DNA of 64,000 nucleotides. Source: Variibacter sp. (GTDB lineage Bacteria; Pseudomonadota; Alphaproteobacteria; Rhizobiales; Xanthobacteraceae). This document shows positions 34,828-44,280 of this stretch, in pieces; the stretch's first letter is position 1; each line of letters opens with the position of its first letter. A program made the translations under genes and the position numbers. The stretch lies in NCBI GenBank assembly GCA_050187875.1, contig JBFWXB010000020.1:9872-73871 (forward strand), written 5' to 3'. The notes beneath the pieces were generated by a model that did no database searches, was not told where the DNA came from, and worked only from the letters and a program-made list of their open reading frames with translations.

Positions 34828-35589
34828 ATGATCAGCAAACGAATCCTCCTCGCGGCCGCTCTCGGCTTCACCCTCGTATGCTGCCTCGGCGATAGCGCAC
34901 GCGCCGGACAGACAAACGTCGCCGTCGCCGCGAACTTCACCGAGGCCGCGAAGGAGATCGCCGCCGCGTTCAAGCAGAAGACCGGACACGAGGCGGTGCT
35001 CAGCTTCGGCTCTTCCGGGCAGTTCTTCACGCAGATCAAGCAGGATGCCCCCTTCGAGGTCTTCCTTTCGGCCGACGACGAGCGGCCAAAGAAGCTCGCC
35101 GCGGAAGGCCTCGGCGTCACCGAAAGTGTGTTCACTTATGCCGTCGGCAAGCTCGTGCTCTGGAGCAAGGACGCCACCCTGGCGAAAGACGAGAGCGCCC
35201 TAAAGGCCGGCCGCTTCGCGAAGCTCGCCATCGCCAATCCGAAGGCCGCGCCTTATGGTGCGGCAGCGGTCGAGATCCTCAAGGCGCTCGAGGTCTATGA
35301 CGCGCTCGAGCCGAAGATCGTGCAGGGCAACAACATCAGCCAGACGTTTCAGTTCGTCGATTCCGGCAATGCCGAGCTCGGCTTTGTCGCGCTCTCCCAG
35401 CTCGCCGGAAAGAGCGAGGGCTCGCGCTGGCTCGTGCCGCAGAACCTCTACACGCCGATCAAGCAGGATGCCGTGCTGCTCAAGAAGGGCGAGAAGAATG
35501 GAGCCGCGAGCGCCTTCATCGCATTCCTCAAAGGTCCGGAGGCGCGCAGCATCATCGAGAAGTTCGGCTATGGCTTCAGCGGCACATAG
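34828..35589 (+). CDS. modA: Molybdate ABC transporter substrate-binding protein
   Basis: ORF 34534-35589 trimmed to ATG 34828. Signal peptide MISKRILLAAALGFTLVCCLGDSARA. VAVAANFTEAAKEI and LSFGSSGQFFTQIKQDAPFEVFLSAD are ModA hallmarks. Confidence 0.9.
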   Translation: MISKRILLAAALGFTLVCCLGDSARAGQTNVAVAANFTEAAKEIAAAFKQKTGHEAVLSFGSSGQFFTQIKQDAPFEVFLSADDERPKKLAAEGLGVTESVFTYAVGKLVLWSKDATLAKDESALKAGRFAKLAIANPKAAPYGAAAVEILKALEVYDALEPKIVQGNNISQTFQFVDSGNAELGFVALSQLAGKSEGSRWLVPQNLYTPIKQDAVLLKKGEKNGAASAFIAFLKGPEARSIIEKFGYGFSGT

Positions 35590-35595
35590 GCGCGC

Positions 35596-36279
35596 ATGAC
35601 GCTGCCGCCCGACATCTGGCTGCCGGTCCGGCTCACGATCGAGCTCGCGGCGACGACGACGCTCATCCTCCTCGTCATCGGCACGCCGATCGCGTGGTGG
35701 CTCGCGCGCTCGCAAGCACGCTGGAAGGAAGCCGTCGCCGCGCTTGTCGCCATGCCGCTGGTGCTGCCGCCGACGGTGCTCGGCTTCTATCTTCTCCTCG
35801 CGCTCGGCCCGAACGGTCCCGGCGGCGCCTTGGCCAATCTTTGGGGTGCACGCACGCTCGCGTTCACCTTCGAGGGCCTCGTCATCGGCTCGGTCGTCTA
35901 CTCGCTGCCGTTCGTGGTGCAACCGATCCGCAACGCTTTCGCCGCCATGGGCGCGCGGCCGCTCGAAGTCGCCGCGACGCTGCGCGCCTCGCCGCGCCGC
36001 GCGTTCTGGACCGTCGCCGTGCCGCTCGCGCGCCCCGGCTTCCTCACCGGCGCCGTGCTCGGCTTCGCTCATACGGTCGGTGAGTTCGGCGTCGTGCTGA
36101 TGATCGGCGGCAATATCCCCGGCGAGACCAAGGTGCTCTCCGTCGCGATCTACGACTACGTCGAAACGTCGCAATGGGCGGAGGCGAGCGTGCTGGCGGC
36201 GGGCATGGTCGCCTTCGCCTTCGCCGTCGTGCTCGCGATGATGCTGATCGAGAAGCGCGTCTCGCGCGTCGGCCTATGA
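35596..36279 (+). CDS. modB: Molybdate ABC transporter permease
   Basis: 227 aa. The ModB/CysTW-type EAA loop sits in context between modA and modC. Confidence 0.9.
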   Translation: MTLPPDIWLPVRLTIELAATTTLILLVIGTPIAWWLARSQARWKEAVAALVAMPLVLPPTVLGFYLLLALGPNGPGGALANLWGARTLAFTFEGLVIGSVVYSLPFVVQPIRNAFAAMGARPLEVAATLRASPRRAFWTVAVPLARPGFLTGAVLGFAHTVGEFGVVLMIGGNIPGETKVLSVAIYDYVETSQWAEASVLAAGMVAFAFAVVLAMMLIEKRVSRVGL

Positions 36280-37376
36280 GCGAGCGCGAGGGCGCGATCG
36301 AAGCGGCCTTTCGTGGCGCGCTGGGCACGTTCACGCTCGACGCCGCGTTCAATATTCCTGCGCGCGGCGTCACCGGCCTCTTCGGCCCTTCGGGCTGTGG
36401 CAAGACCACTGTTCTGCGCTGCATCGCGGGCCTGCAGCGGATGGCGCAGGGCGTCTGCAGAGTCGACGGCGAGGTCTGGCAGGACGCACACACCTTCCGC
36501 CCGACGCATGAGCGCCCGATCGGCTACGTCTTCCAGGAAGCGAGCCTCTTTCCGCATCTCTCGGTGCGCCGCAATCTCCTCTATGGCGCGCCGCGCGGGC
36601 GAGGCGCGGCGGACAACGTCATCGGCCTCGATGAGACGATCGAGCTTCTCGGCCTCGCGCCGCTGCTCGAACGCGCGCCGCAAAACCTCTCCGGCGGCGA
36701 GCGCCAGCGCGTCGCCATCGGCCGCGCGCTCCTCTCCCAGCCGAAGCTTCTCCTGATGGACGAGCCGCTCTCGGCGCTCGACCGGCTGACCAAGGACGAA
36801 ATCCTGCCGTTCCTGGAGCGGCTGCATGAGCGGCTGTCGCTGCCGGTCCTGTATGTGTCGCACGACATGAGCGAGATCGAGCGGCTTGCCGACCATCTGA
36901 TCCTGATGCGTAACGGCAAGGTTCTCGCCGCCGGCGCGCTGAATGCGCTGCAGAGCGATCCGGCGCTGCCGCTGGCAAGTCTGCGCGACGCCGCCGTGAG
37001 CTTCGATGGCACGGTCGAATCTTACGACGATGCCTACGGCATCCTGACACTGCGCGTCGAAGGCGGCCGCCTCTTGGTGCCAGCCGCGACTGCGGCCGCA
37101 GGCGCGCGACGGCGCGTGCGCATCGCCGCGAGCGACGTGAGCCTGGCGAGCGCCCCGCCGCAGGGCAGCACGATCCTCAATATCCTGCCGGCGCGCATCA
37201 TGTCGCATACGGCCGCCGGGGCGCACGAGGTGATTGCGGTCCTGAGCCTCGGCGAGGCCGGAGCCGGCGAGCGCATCCTGGCGCGCATCACGCGCCGCTC
37301 CTTCGAGCAACTTGGACTCACCGACGGCCTGCGGGTTTACGCACAGGTCAAGGGCGTCTCGCTTGCGCACAAATAA
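36276..37376 (+). CDS. modC: Molybdate ABC transporter ATP-binding protein with C-terminal TOBE/Mop domain
   Basis: ATG 36276 overlaps the modB stop (ATGA). Walker [10 protein letters not shown], signature [15 protein letters not shown], Walker [12 protein letters not shown]. Confidence 0.9.
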   Translation: MSEREGAIEAAFRGALGTFTLDAAFNIPARGVTGLFGPSGCGKTTVLRCIAGLQRMAQGVCRVDGEVWQDAHTFRPTHERPIGYVFQEASLFPHLSVRRNLLYGAPRGRGAADNVIGLDETIELLGLAPLLERAPQNLSGGERQRVAIGRALLSQPKLLLMDEPLSALDRLTKDEILPFLERLHERLSLPVLYVSHDMSEIERLADHLILMRNGKVLAAGALNALQSDPALPLASLRDAAVSFDGTVESYDDAYGILTLRVEGGRLLVPAATAAAGARRRVRIAASDVSLASAPPQGSTILNILPARIMSHTAAGAHEVIAVLSLGEAGAGERILARITRRSFEQLGLTDGLRVYAQVKGVSLAHK

Positions 37377-37404
37377 CGCTGCGCGTATCGCCGTCGGGAC
37401 GATA

Positions 37405-38553
37405 ATGACGGATGACCCGATGACATCGCAAGCCCCGGCCTATGTCGATCCACGCAACGGCGACCTCTATCCGCTCGATGAGCCGCGCTGGAGCTCGAAC
37501 GCGCGCACGCCGTTGATGATCACACCGCTGCCGGGCATCGGCCGCGACGACATCGACCGCGGCGAACGCTCGCTCTGGCGCTATCGCGCCGCCTTCCCCA
37601 TCGCCGTGAAGGAGCCGCTGTCGCTCGGCGTCGGCTGCACCCCGCTCGTCGCGCGGCGCTGGCGCGATACGTTTGTGCATTTTAAGCTCGAATGGTTCGC
37701 GCCGACCGGGAGCTTCAAGGACCGCGGCGCGAGCGTCATGATCTCGACGCTGCGCGAACAGGGCGTCCCCGCCGTGCTGGAGGACAGTTCCGGCAATGGC
37801 GGCGCGGCAGTTGCCGCGTTTGCAGCCGCGGCCGGAATGCGCGCGAAGATTCTCACGCCGGCGTCGACACAACCGGCGAAGACGGTGCAGATGCGCGCCT
37901 ATGGCGCCGAGGTCGAGTTGGTGCCCGGGACGCGCCAGGATACTTCCGACGAAGCCGAGCGCCAGGCGTCGCAGATCTTCTACGCCAGCCACAACTGGCA
38001 ACCCTTCTTCCTCCAGGGCACGAAGACGCTGGCCTACGAATTGTGGGAGGATCTCGGCTTTCGCGCGCCGGATAACATCATCATCCCGACCGGAGCGGGC
38101 AGCAACGTGTTCGGCTGCGATATCGGGTTCGGCGAATTGCTGCGGCGGGGCGAGATCGCGCGCCTGCCGCGCCTCTTCGCGGTGCAGCCGGAGAACTGCG
38201 CGCCGATCCATGCGAGCTTCATCGCCGGCGGCGACACGCTGGTCGCCGTCGAGCCGAAGCCAACGATTGCGGAAGGCACCGCCATCGCCAAGCCGGTGCG
38301 GCTGCGCGAAGTGCTCGCGGCGATCCGCCGCTCCGGCGGCGCAACCGTCACCGTGAGCGAGGACGAGATCATCGCCGCCTTACGCGAGCTTGCCGCCACA
38401 TGCGCCCTTTATGCCGAGCCGACGAGCGCGGCGGCGGCCGCCGCTTGCACCAAGCTGATCGCCGCCGGAACGATAAACCCCGGCGAAACGACGGTCGTGG
38501 TGCTCACCGGCAGCGGCCTCAAGGCCACCCAGCGCATCGGCGAGGTGATTTAG
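37405..38553 (+). CDS. Threonine-synthase-family PLP-dependent enzyme (paralog 2)
   Basis: ORF 37312-38553 trimmed to ATG 37405. PLP-lysine motif PTGSFKDRG; SSGNGGAAVAAFAAAAG; IIPTGAGSNVFG. Confidence 0.8.
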   Translation: MTDDPMTSQAPAYVDPRNGDLYPLDEPRWSSNARTPLMITPLPGIGRDDIDRGERSLWRYRAAFPIAVKEPLSLGVGCTPLVARRWRDTFVHFKLEWFAPTGSFKDRGASVMISTLREQGVPAVLEDSSGNGGAAVAAFAAAAGMRAKILTPASTQPAKTVQMRAYGAEVELVPGTRQDTSDEAERQASQIFYASHNWQPFFLQGTKTLAYELWEDLGFRAPDNIIIPTGAGSNVFGCDIGFGELLRRGEIARLPRLFAVQPENCAPIHASFIAGGDTLVAVEPKPTIAEGTAIAKPVRLREVLAAIRRSGGATVTVSEDEIIAALRELAATCALYAEPTSAAAAAACTKLIAAGTINPGETTVVVLTGSGLKATQRIGEVI

Positions 38554-38659
38554 GCGCGCCCGAGCGGCCCGATCGATCCCCATTGTCAAACGATGCCGTC
38601 GTTCGTTATAACGCACGCCATGAGCATGGACCGACGCTCACGGAAGGGATCGGCTCGCC

Positions 38660-39142
38660 ATGGACGCCATCGACAGGAAGATCCTCGATCTGCTGCAACG
38701 GGACTGCACCCTCTCGATCGCCGAGATCGGGACCAAAGTCGGGCTCTCCCAAACGCCGTGCTGGAAGCGCATCCAGAGGCTGGAGGCCGACGGCTATATC
38801 CAGCGCCGCGTGGCCCTTCTCGACCCCGAGAAATTGGGCCTTGGGCTCAATGTCTTCGTCTCGATCGAGATCAGCGACCATTCACACGAGTGGCTGGCGC
38901 GCTTTTCCGCCGCCATCAACGACATGCCCGAAGTTATGGAATTCTACCGCATGGCCGGCGATGTCGATTACATGCTGCGCGTGGCTGTCGCCGACATGGC
39001 CGCCTATGACCGCTTCTACAAGCAACTAATCGCGGCGTTCCCCCTGAAGAACGTCACCTCGCGCTTCGCTATGGAGCGGGTGAAGGCGACGACGGCGCTG
39101 CCGTTTTATGCGAACGGGAGCGCTGTCGCCGCTTCCGCCTGA
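38660..39142 (+). CDS. Lrp/AsnC family transcriptional regulator
   Basis: 160 aa. N-terminal HTH (LDAIDRKILDLLQRDCTLSIAEIGTKVGLSQTPCWKRIQRLE) and a C-terminal RAM/AsnC domain. Confidence 0.9.
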   Translation: MDAIDRKILDLLQRDCTLSIAEIGTKVGLSQTPCWKRIQRLEADGYIQRRVALLDPEKLGLGLNVFVSIEISDHSHEWLARFSAAINDMPEVMEFYRMAGDVDYMLRVAVADMAAYDRFYKQLIAAFPLKNVTSRFAMERVKATTALPFYANGSAVAASA

Positions 39143-39236
39143 TGCCGAAACGGGCCCTGGCCCGGACGGGATGAGCCGAAGAGAAGAGAATTGCTCCGGC
39201 CGCACGAACGACGACGCATTGCTTCTCGCGTAAATC

Positions 39237-39252
39237 GTTCTTTAAAAAGAAC
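39237..39252. promoter_or_regulatory. Palindrome GTTCTTT-AA-AAAGAAC upstream of cysJ (candidate operator)
   Basis: Perfect 7-bp arms read from the sequence, 43 nt upstream of the cysJ ATG and immediately followed by TTGACT. Confidence 0.35.
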
Positions 39253-39294
39253 ATTCTCGTTGACTTGCGGCAGTGCGAAACAGACATTCCGGGC

Positions 39295-41046
39295 ATGGCC
39301 CGGAATGCCCTTCTCCCCCTCTCCGCCCCCTTCGCAGCCGATCATCGCGCGACGCTCGATGACGTTCTGAGCACGGCGACACCGCTGCAACGGACCTGGC
39401 TCGCCGGCTTTCTCGCCGGCCTCGACGCCGCGGCCGGCGGCGCCGAGCCGGTCGCCGCGCCGCAGGCGCCACCCGCGGAGCCGATCACCATTCTCTACGC
39501 GAGCGAATCCGGCAACGCCGAGCGTCTCGCTCAGGACGCCGCGAAGCTTGCGCGCAAGACCGGCCTCAAGCCGACGCTGCTCGATTTCGCCGATCTCGAC
39601 GTCGCGCAGCTCGCGAGCGTGAAACACCTCGTCGTCGTCGCGGCGACCTGGGGCGAAGGCGACCCGCCCTCGCGGGCGGCGCGCGCCTATGGCGAGCTGA
39701 TGGGGCCGTCCGCGCCGCGGCTCGAAGGGACGCGCTTCGCCGTCCTCGCGCTCGGCGACATGGCCTATGCGCAATTCTGCGCCACCGGCAAAGCGATCGA
39801 CGCGCGGCTCGCCGATCTCGGTGCGACGCGCGCCGCGGAGCGCATCGACTGCGATCTCGACTTCGATGCGCCCGCCGCCGCGTGGACCAAGGATACGCTG
39901 AAGATTTTTGCGCCGGCCGGAGCGGAGAGCGGCAACGTCGTCGCGGTCGATTTCAAGACGCGCGCCGCGGAAGCAAGTCGCGATCCGGTCGAGGCCGAGA
40001 TCATCGAGCATATCAATCTCAACTCGTCGCGTTCCGACAAGAAAACGATCCACCTCGCGCTGTCGTTTCCCAATGGCGCGCCCGCCTATGAGCCCGGCGA
40101 TTCCCTCGATATCTTCCCGCAGAACGACCCGACCCTGGTCGAGGCGGTGCTTGCCGCGGCGTCGGTAACGGCGGACGAGGCCTTGCGCAGCGCGCTGACC
40201 GGCGAGCGCGACATCACGACCTTGTCGGCGCAGACCGTCGAGAAATACGCCGCCGCGACGGACCACGCCGCGCTGAAACAGATGATCGCGCGCGGCGAGA
40301 CGCGCGCCTGGATCGAAGGCCGTCATCTGATCGATCTCCTGGAAAGCTTTCCGGCGACGCTCTCGGCCGAGCAGTTCATCGCCCTGACGCGCCCGCTCCC
40401 GCCCCGCGCCTATTCGATCGCTTCCTCGCGCAAGGAATTCCCCGACGAAGCGCATCTTCTCGTCAGCGCCGTGCGCTACGAAACCCATGGCCGCGCGCGG
40501 CAAGGCGTCGCCTCGGTGCATATCGCCGACCGGCTCAAAGCCGGCGCGACGGTGAAAGTGCGGCTCAAGCCGAACAAGCATTTCCGCCTGCCGAAGCCCG
40601 ACGCCGACATCATCATGGTCGGCTCGGGCACCGGGCTCGCGCCGTTCCGCGCGTTCCTTCAGGAACGACGCGCCGCCGGCGCCACCGGGCGCGCCTGGCT
40701 CTTCTTCGGCGACCGGAATTTCCGCAACGACTTCCTCTATCAGACCGAATGGCAGGATGCGCTGGAAGACGGGACACTGACGCGGCTCGACCTCGCCTTC
40801 TCGCGCGATCAGCCGGAAAAAATTTACGTGCAGCAGCGGCTGTGGCAACAGCGCGACGATCTCGTCGCCTGGCTCGAGGCCGGCGCGTCCTTCTATGTCT
40901 GCGGTGACGCCAAGGCGATGGCGAAGGACGTGCGCGCGACCCTCACGCGTGCCTTCGCCGATGTGAAGGGCGCCGCGGGCGATGCGGCGGAGGCGGCGCT
41001 CGCGACGATCGAGCGCGAGGGCCGCTATCTGCAAGACGTCTATTGA
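39295..41046 (+). CDS. cysJ: Assimilatory sulfite reductase (NADPH) flavoprotein alpha component
   Basis: ORF 39265-41046 trimmed to ATG 39295. Flavodoxin part ITILYASESGNAERLA, FAD motif RAYSIASS, NADPH motif MVGSGTGLAPFRAF, and C-terminal GRYLQDVY. Confidence 0.9.
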   Translation: MARNALLPLSAPFAADHRATLDDVLSTATPLQRTWLAGFLAGLDAAAGGAEPVAAPQAPPAEPITILYASESGNAERLAQDAAKLARKTGLKPTLLDFADLDVAQLASVKHLVVVAATWGEGDPPSRAARAYGELMGPSAPRLEGTRFAVLALGDMAYAQFCATGKAIDARLADLGATRAAERIDCDLDFDAPAAAWTKDTLKIFAPAGAESGNVVAVDFKTRAAEASRDPVEAEIIEHINLNSSRSDKKTIHLALSFPNGAPAYEPGDSLDIFPQNDPTLVEAVLAAASVTADEALRSALTGERDITTLSAQTVEKYAAATDHAALKQMIARGETRAWIEGRHLIDLLESFPATLSAEQFIALTRPLPPRAYSIASSRKEFPDEAHLLVSAVRYETHGRARQGVASVHIADRLKAGATVKVRLKPNKHFRLPKPDADIIMVGSGTGLAPFRAFLQERRAAGATGRAWLFFGDRNFRNDFLYQTEWQDALEDGTLTRLDLAFSRDQPEKIYVQQRLWQQRDDLVAWLEAGASFYVCGDAKAMAKDVRATLTRAFADVKGAAGDAAEAALATIEREGRYLQDVY

Positions 41047-41053
41047 GGCCGTC

Positions 41054-42793
41054 ATGGGCAAGGAACTCTCACGCAACGAGCACCTCAAGGCGGCGAGCCG
41101 GCATCTGCGCGGCACGCTGGCGGAAGGGATCGCGGCGACCGCAACCGGCGCGATCTCCGAAGACGATCAGCAGCTCGTCAAATTCCACGGCATGTATCTG
41201 CAGGACGACCGCGACCTGCGCGGCGAGCGCGCGAGGAAGCGCCTTGAAAAGGCCTACGCCTTCATGGTGCGGCTGCGTATCCCCGGCGGCGTCTGCACGC
41301 CGCAGCAATGGCTCGCGCTCGACAAGATCGCGCGCGATTACGGCAACGGCACGTTCCGCCTGACGACGCGGCAGACGTTCCAGTTCCACGGCGTCATCAA
41401 ATCGAACGTGAAGGCGACGATCCAGGCGATCGACGCCGTGCTGCTCGACACGCTCGCGGCCTGCGGCGACGTCAACCGCAACGTCCTTTCCGCCTCCAAT
41501 CCGCATCGCTCGCACGCGCACGCAACAGCGTATGAACTCGCCCGCAAGCTCTCCGCGCATCTTCTCCCGCGCACTGGCGCGTATCGCGAGATCTGGCTCG
41601 ATGGCGAGAAGGTCGTCGGCGGCGAAGGCGAAGTCGTCGAGCCGATCCTCGGCGCGACCTATCTGCCGCGCAAATTCAAGATCGTCATCGCGGTGCCGCC
41701 GGACAACGACGTCGACGTCTTCGCGCAAGACCTCGGCTTCATCGCCATTCTCGACAAACGCGGAAACCTCAAAGGCTGGAACGTGACCGCCGGCGGCGGC
41801 ATGGGCATGACCCATGGCGAGCCAGACACATATCCGCGCACGGCCGACGTTCTCGGCTTCTGCGCGCCCGAGGACGCGATTGCGGTCGCGGAAGCCGTCC
41901 TCACCGTGCAACGCGACTGGGGCGACCGCGGCAATCGCAAGCATGCGCGCCTGAAATACACGATCGAGGATCGCGGGCTCGAAGCTGTCCGCGCCGAGGT
42001 CGAGCGCCGGGTCGGCAAGGCATTCGCGCCGGCGCAGCCCTTTGCCTTCGAGACGACGTCTGACCGTTACGGCTGGGTCGACGGTGAGAACGGCAAGGCG
42101 CATCTCACGCTGTTCATCGAGAACGGGCGGCTGCGCGACATCCCCGGCGGCGCTTCGCTTCTCACCGGCATGCGGCGGATTGCGGAAATCCACCAAGGAG
42201 AGTTTCGCCTCACCGCGAACCAGAACGTCATCGTCGCGAATATCGCGCCCGAGGCGCGCGCCGCAATCGACTCGCTCGTCGCCGAACATGGCTTTGCCCG
42301 GAGCGCGACCGCGCTGCGCCGCAACGCGATGGCCTGCGTCGCGCTGCCGACCTGCGGGCTCGCGCTTGCCGAGAGCGAGCGCTATCTGCCGACGCTCATT
42401 ACCGCGCTCGAAGCGCGTCTCGCCGCGCACGGCCTCGCGGATGACGAGATCACCATCCGCATGACCGGCTGCCCGAATGGCTGTGCCCGGCCCTATCTCG
42501 CCGAGATCGGCCTCGTTGGCAAAGGGCCGGACCGCTACAACCTCTATCTCGGCGGCGCCTTCGACGGCACGCGGCTCTCGAAACTCTTTGCCGAAGATCT
42601 CGGGCATGACGCGATCATCGCCACGCTCGACCCGCTCTTCGCGGCCTATGCGCGCGAGCGCCGCGCGTCCGAGCACTTCTCCGATTTTCTCATCCGCACC
42701 AAGCGCGTCGCAAAGACTGGAAACGGGCGCAACTTCCACGCCCACACAGGCCCCGGCGCCGGGGCGCAAGCGAACGCAAAGGCGGTCGCATGA
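41054..42793 (+). CDS. cysI: Sulfite reductase hemoprotein beta component (siroheme/4Fe-4S)
   Basis: ORF 40982-42793 trimmed to ATG 41054. Cys cluster motifs ACVALPTCGLALAE and TGCPNGCARP. Confidence 0.9.
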   Translation: MGKELSRNEHLKAASRHLRGTLAEGIAATATGAISEDDQQLVKFHGMYLQDDRDLRGERARKRLEKAYAFMVRLRIPGGVCTPQQWLALDKIARDYGNGTFRLTTRQTFQFHGVIKSNVKATIQAIDAVLLDTLAACGDVNRNVLSASNPHRSHAHATAYELARKLSAHLLPRTGAYREIWLDGEKVVGGEGEVVEPILGATYLPRKFKIVIAVPPDNDVDVFAQDLGFIAILDKRGNLKGWNVTAGGGMGMTHGEPDTYPRTADVLGFCAPEDAIAVAEAVLTVQRDWGDRGNRKHARLKYTIEDRGLEAVRAEVERRVGKAFAPAQPFAFETTSDRYGWVDGENGKAHLTLFIENGRLRDIPGGASLLTGMRRIAEIHQGEFRLTANQNVIVANIAPEARAAIDSLVAEHGFARSATALRRNAMACVALPTCGLALAESERYLPTLITALEARLAAHGLADDEITIRMTGCPNGCARPYLAEIGLVGKGPDRYNLYLGGAFDGTRLSKLFAEDLGHDAIIATLDPLFAAYARERRASEHFSDFLIRTKRVAKTGNGRNFHAHTGPGAGAQANAKAVA

Positions 42794-44280
42794 CGATGCA
42801 TGTCCAACCACGTGAGACGCGCCCGGTGCGGCTCGCCAGCCTGTCGAAATTGCCGCTGTTCCTCGAGCTTGCCGGCAAGAAATGCGTGATCGTCGGCGAC
42901 GGCGACGCCGTCGCCTGGAAGGCGGAGCTGTTCGCCTCCGCCGGGGCACGCGTGCGCGTCTTCGCGCCAGCGCCCTGCGCCGAGCTCACTTACGTTGCCG
43001 AGGGCAACGCCGCCGTCGACCTCGTCGCGCGGCCGTGCCGCGACGCCGATCTTGACGACACGTCGCTGCTGATCATCGGCGTCGACGACGCGGAGGACGC
43101 GCGCCGGCTCGCGGCGGCCGCGCGCAGCCGCGGTATCCTCGTCAATGTCATCGACCAGCCGGCGCTGTGCGACTTTCAGTTCGGCACGATCGTCAACCGC
43201 TCGCCCGTCGTCATCGGCATATCGACCGACGGCGCCGCGCCCATTCTCGGGCAAGCCATCCGCCGCCGCATCGAGGCGGTGCTGCCCGCCTCCGTCGGCG
43301 CCTGGGCCGCCGCAGCCAAGGAGTTCCGCGTGCGCCTAAAAGATATCCTCACGTCACGCGCGGCGCGGCGTCAGTTCTGGGAGCGCTTCGTCGACATCAC
43401 CTTCATCTCGCAGCAGGAAGAGGACGAGAAGCTCGCCGCGCTCGAACGCATGGCGCAGACAATTCTCGCCGGAAAGGCGCCGCCGCCCGTCGGGCATGTC
43501 GCGATCGTCGGCGCGGGCCCCGGCGCCCCCGACCTCCTCACACTCAAGGCGATGCGCGAGCTCCAGGCGGCGGACGTCATTCTCTACGATCGGCTGGTGA
43601 CGCCGGAAGTGCTCGAGCTCGGCCGCCGCGAGGCGCGCCGCATCCTCGTCGGCAAAAGCGGCCATGGCGAGCGCGTCCGGCAAAGCGACATCAACGCGCT
43701 CATCATCTCGCTGGCACGCGACGGGCAGCGCGTCGTCCGTCTCAAGGGCGGCGATCCCGCGATCTTCGGCCGCACGAGCGAGGAAACGGAGGCCTGCCGC
43801 GCAGCCGGCATTCCCTTCTCGATCGTCCCCGGCGTGACGACGGCGAGCGCGGCGGCGGCGGCGCTAGCGCTTTCGCTGACGCAACGCGAGGACGTGCGGC
43901 GCGTGCAATTCATCACCGGCCATGACCGGCACGGCGAACTTCCTGCCGATCTCGACCTCGGCACCCTCGCCGACCCCCATGCGACGACGATCGTCTATAT
44001 GGGGCGGCGCACCGCCGCGCTCCTCGCGCAACGCCTGCGCGCGCATGGCCTGCCGGCGGCGACGCCCGTGATCGTTGCGACGAATGTTTCGCGGCGCGAT
44101 CAGCGCGTCTTGCCGATGCGGCTTGGCGGCCTTGCCGAAGGCGAGCTTCCGCCGGATGGCGATGCGCCGACGCTGATCATGATCGGACGGGCGTTTGCGC
44201 AGCCCGCGCAGGACGAGCAAACGTTCAGCGCCGCCGCGCCGGCGCCGGTGCAACAGCAAGCGCTGGCGGCGGCCGGCTGA
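42790..44280 (+). CDS. cysG: Siroheme synthase (precorrin-2 dehydrogenase/ferrochelatase + uroporphyrinogen-III C-methyltransferase)
   Basis: 496 aa; the start overlaps the cysI stop (ATGA). N-terminal Rossmann fold VIVGDGDAVAWK. SUMT motifs VAIVGAGPGAPDLLTLKA and VVRLKGGDPAIFGR. Confidence 0.9.
   Translation: MTMHVQPRETRPVRLASLSKLPLFLELAGKKCVIVGDGDAVAWKAELFASAGARVRVFAPAPCAELTYVAEGNAAVDLVARPCRDADLDDTSLLIIGVDDAEDARRLAAAARSRGILVNVIDQPALCDFQFGTIVNRSPVVIGISTDGAAPILGQAIRRRIEAVLPASVGAWAAAAKEFRVRLKDILTSRAARRQFWERFVDITFISQQEEDEKLAALERMAQTILAGKAPPPVGHVAIVGAGPGAPDLLTLKAMRELQAADVILYDRLVTPEVLELGRREARRILVGKSGHGERVRQSDINALIISLARDGQRVVRLKGGDPAIFGRTSEETEACRAAGIPFSIVPGVTTASAAAAALALSLTQREDVRRVQFITGHDRHGELPADLDLGTLADPHATTIVYMGRRTAALLAQRLRAHGLPAATPVIVATNVSRRDQRVLPMRLGGLAEGELPPDGDAPTLIMIGRAFAQPAQDEQTFSAAAPAPVQQQALAAAG

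Noticed and set aside
39106-42949. Minus-strand ORFs 39106-41115 (669 aa) and 41069-42949 (626 aa)
   Set aside because: They are antisense to cysJ and cysI, both of which carry unambiguous cofactor-binding motifs.
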